NCBI GenBank assembly: GCA_038087875.1
Contig: CM075989.1
Span: 11,408,001 to 11,472,000, forward strand
DNA from: Malacoraja senta
Lineage: Eukaryota
DNA: 64,000 bases
Direction: 5' to 3'
Within the stretch, counting starts at the first letter, position 1; the number at the start of each line of letters is the position of its first letter. The position numbers were made by a program, and so were the translations under genes. The notes beneath the pieces were generated by a model. That model saw only the letters and a program-made list of their open reading frames with translations. It was not told the DNA's origin and did no database searches. Positions 63,528 through 64,000 of this stretch are shown here, piece after piece.

Positions 63528-64000
63528 AGTAAATCTGTCTTGTCTCTTTTTTGCAGAGTGGAGTTTGATACTCGGAACCAAAGTAACCGCCCCAGAACAA
63601 GAGCATCTACTACATTGCAAGTCATCTTCAATGAACTACGTGTAGATCATCAGGTGCTTGGGATTTATAAGTTTTAAAACTCTCTAGTAAAAGAAAAAGC
63701 ACTGGAGTAACTCAGAACAGGCAGCATCTGTGGGTCGGAGACCTTTTGACTGATTGTAGTACGAGGGAGAAAGCTGGAACAGAGGTGTGTGGGGGACAAA
63801 GTCTTGGCATTCCAGCACAGATGCTAGCTGCCCCACTGAGTAACTCAAACATTTTGTACTTTGCTCAAGATTCCTTCAGTATCTTCAGTTCTTTGTGTCT
63901 CAATCTTTCAAGTAAGTTCCTGTAATTCCTTACTCTCAAGAGAACCTCAATTCTATCTATCTGATAGGTTTTGAGTCTTCTGTGAAGATGGACACAGGGG

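Overview
Repeat-rich vertebrate genomic DNA. It is inferred to come from a cartilaginous fish (skate/ray-like), based on HE1/V-SINE, Deu-SINE, CR1 and Penelope repeat types. The one clear host gene is CTDSPL2 (SCP4, an FCP/SCP-family DxDxT CTD phosphatase) on the minus strand. It has a CpG-island promoter with a probable non-coding exon 1 (donor at 51370) and ten coding exons from 25408 down to 3670 (1272 nt, 424 codons, all GT-AG, phases consistent). The last coding exons lie beyond the left edge of the window. Introns and the upstream flank contain CR1/L2 LINE fragments, tRNA-derived SINEs, Penelope-like elements with hammerhead cores, a decayed SPIN/Charlie-type hAT and its non-autonomous derivative, a 5-bp-TSD hAT-like element, an IR/DR Tc1 and a probable non-autonomous Helitron. 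The most striking observation is a ~135-bp TSD-flanked retroposon (56927-57061, minus strand). Its first 54 nt fold into a complete minimal HDV/CPEB3-like ribozyme whose predicted cleavage site coincides with the element 5' end. Other notable points are a duplicated exon-9 splice acceptor followed by stops and AATAAA in intron 10, a 34-bp perfect palindrome with an 8-bp TSD beside the promoter, and 5'UTR uORFs. All calls were made by eye; repeat boundaries are approximate unless TSDs or termini are quoted. Exon numbering assumes a single non-coding exon 1.
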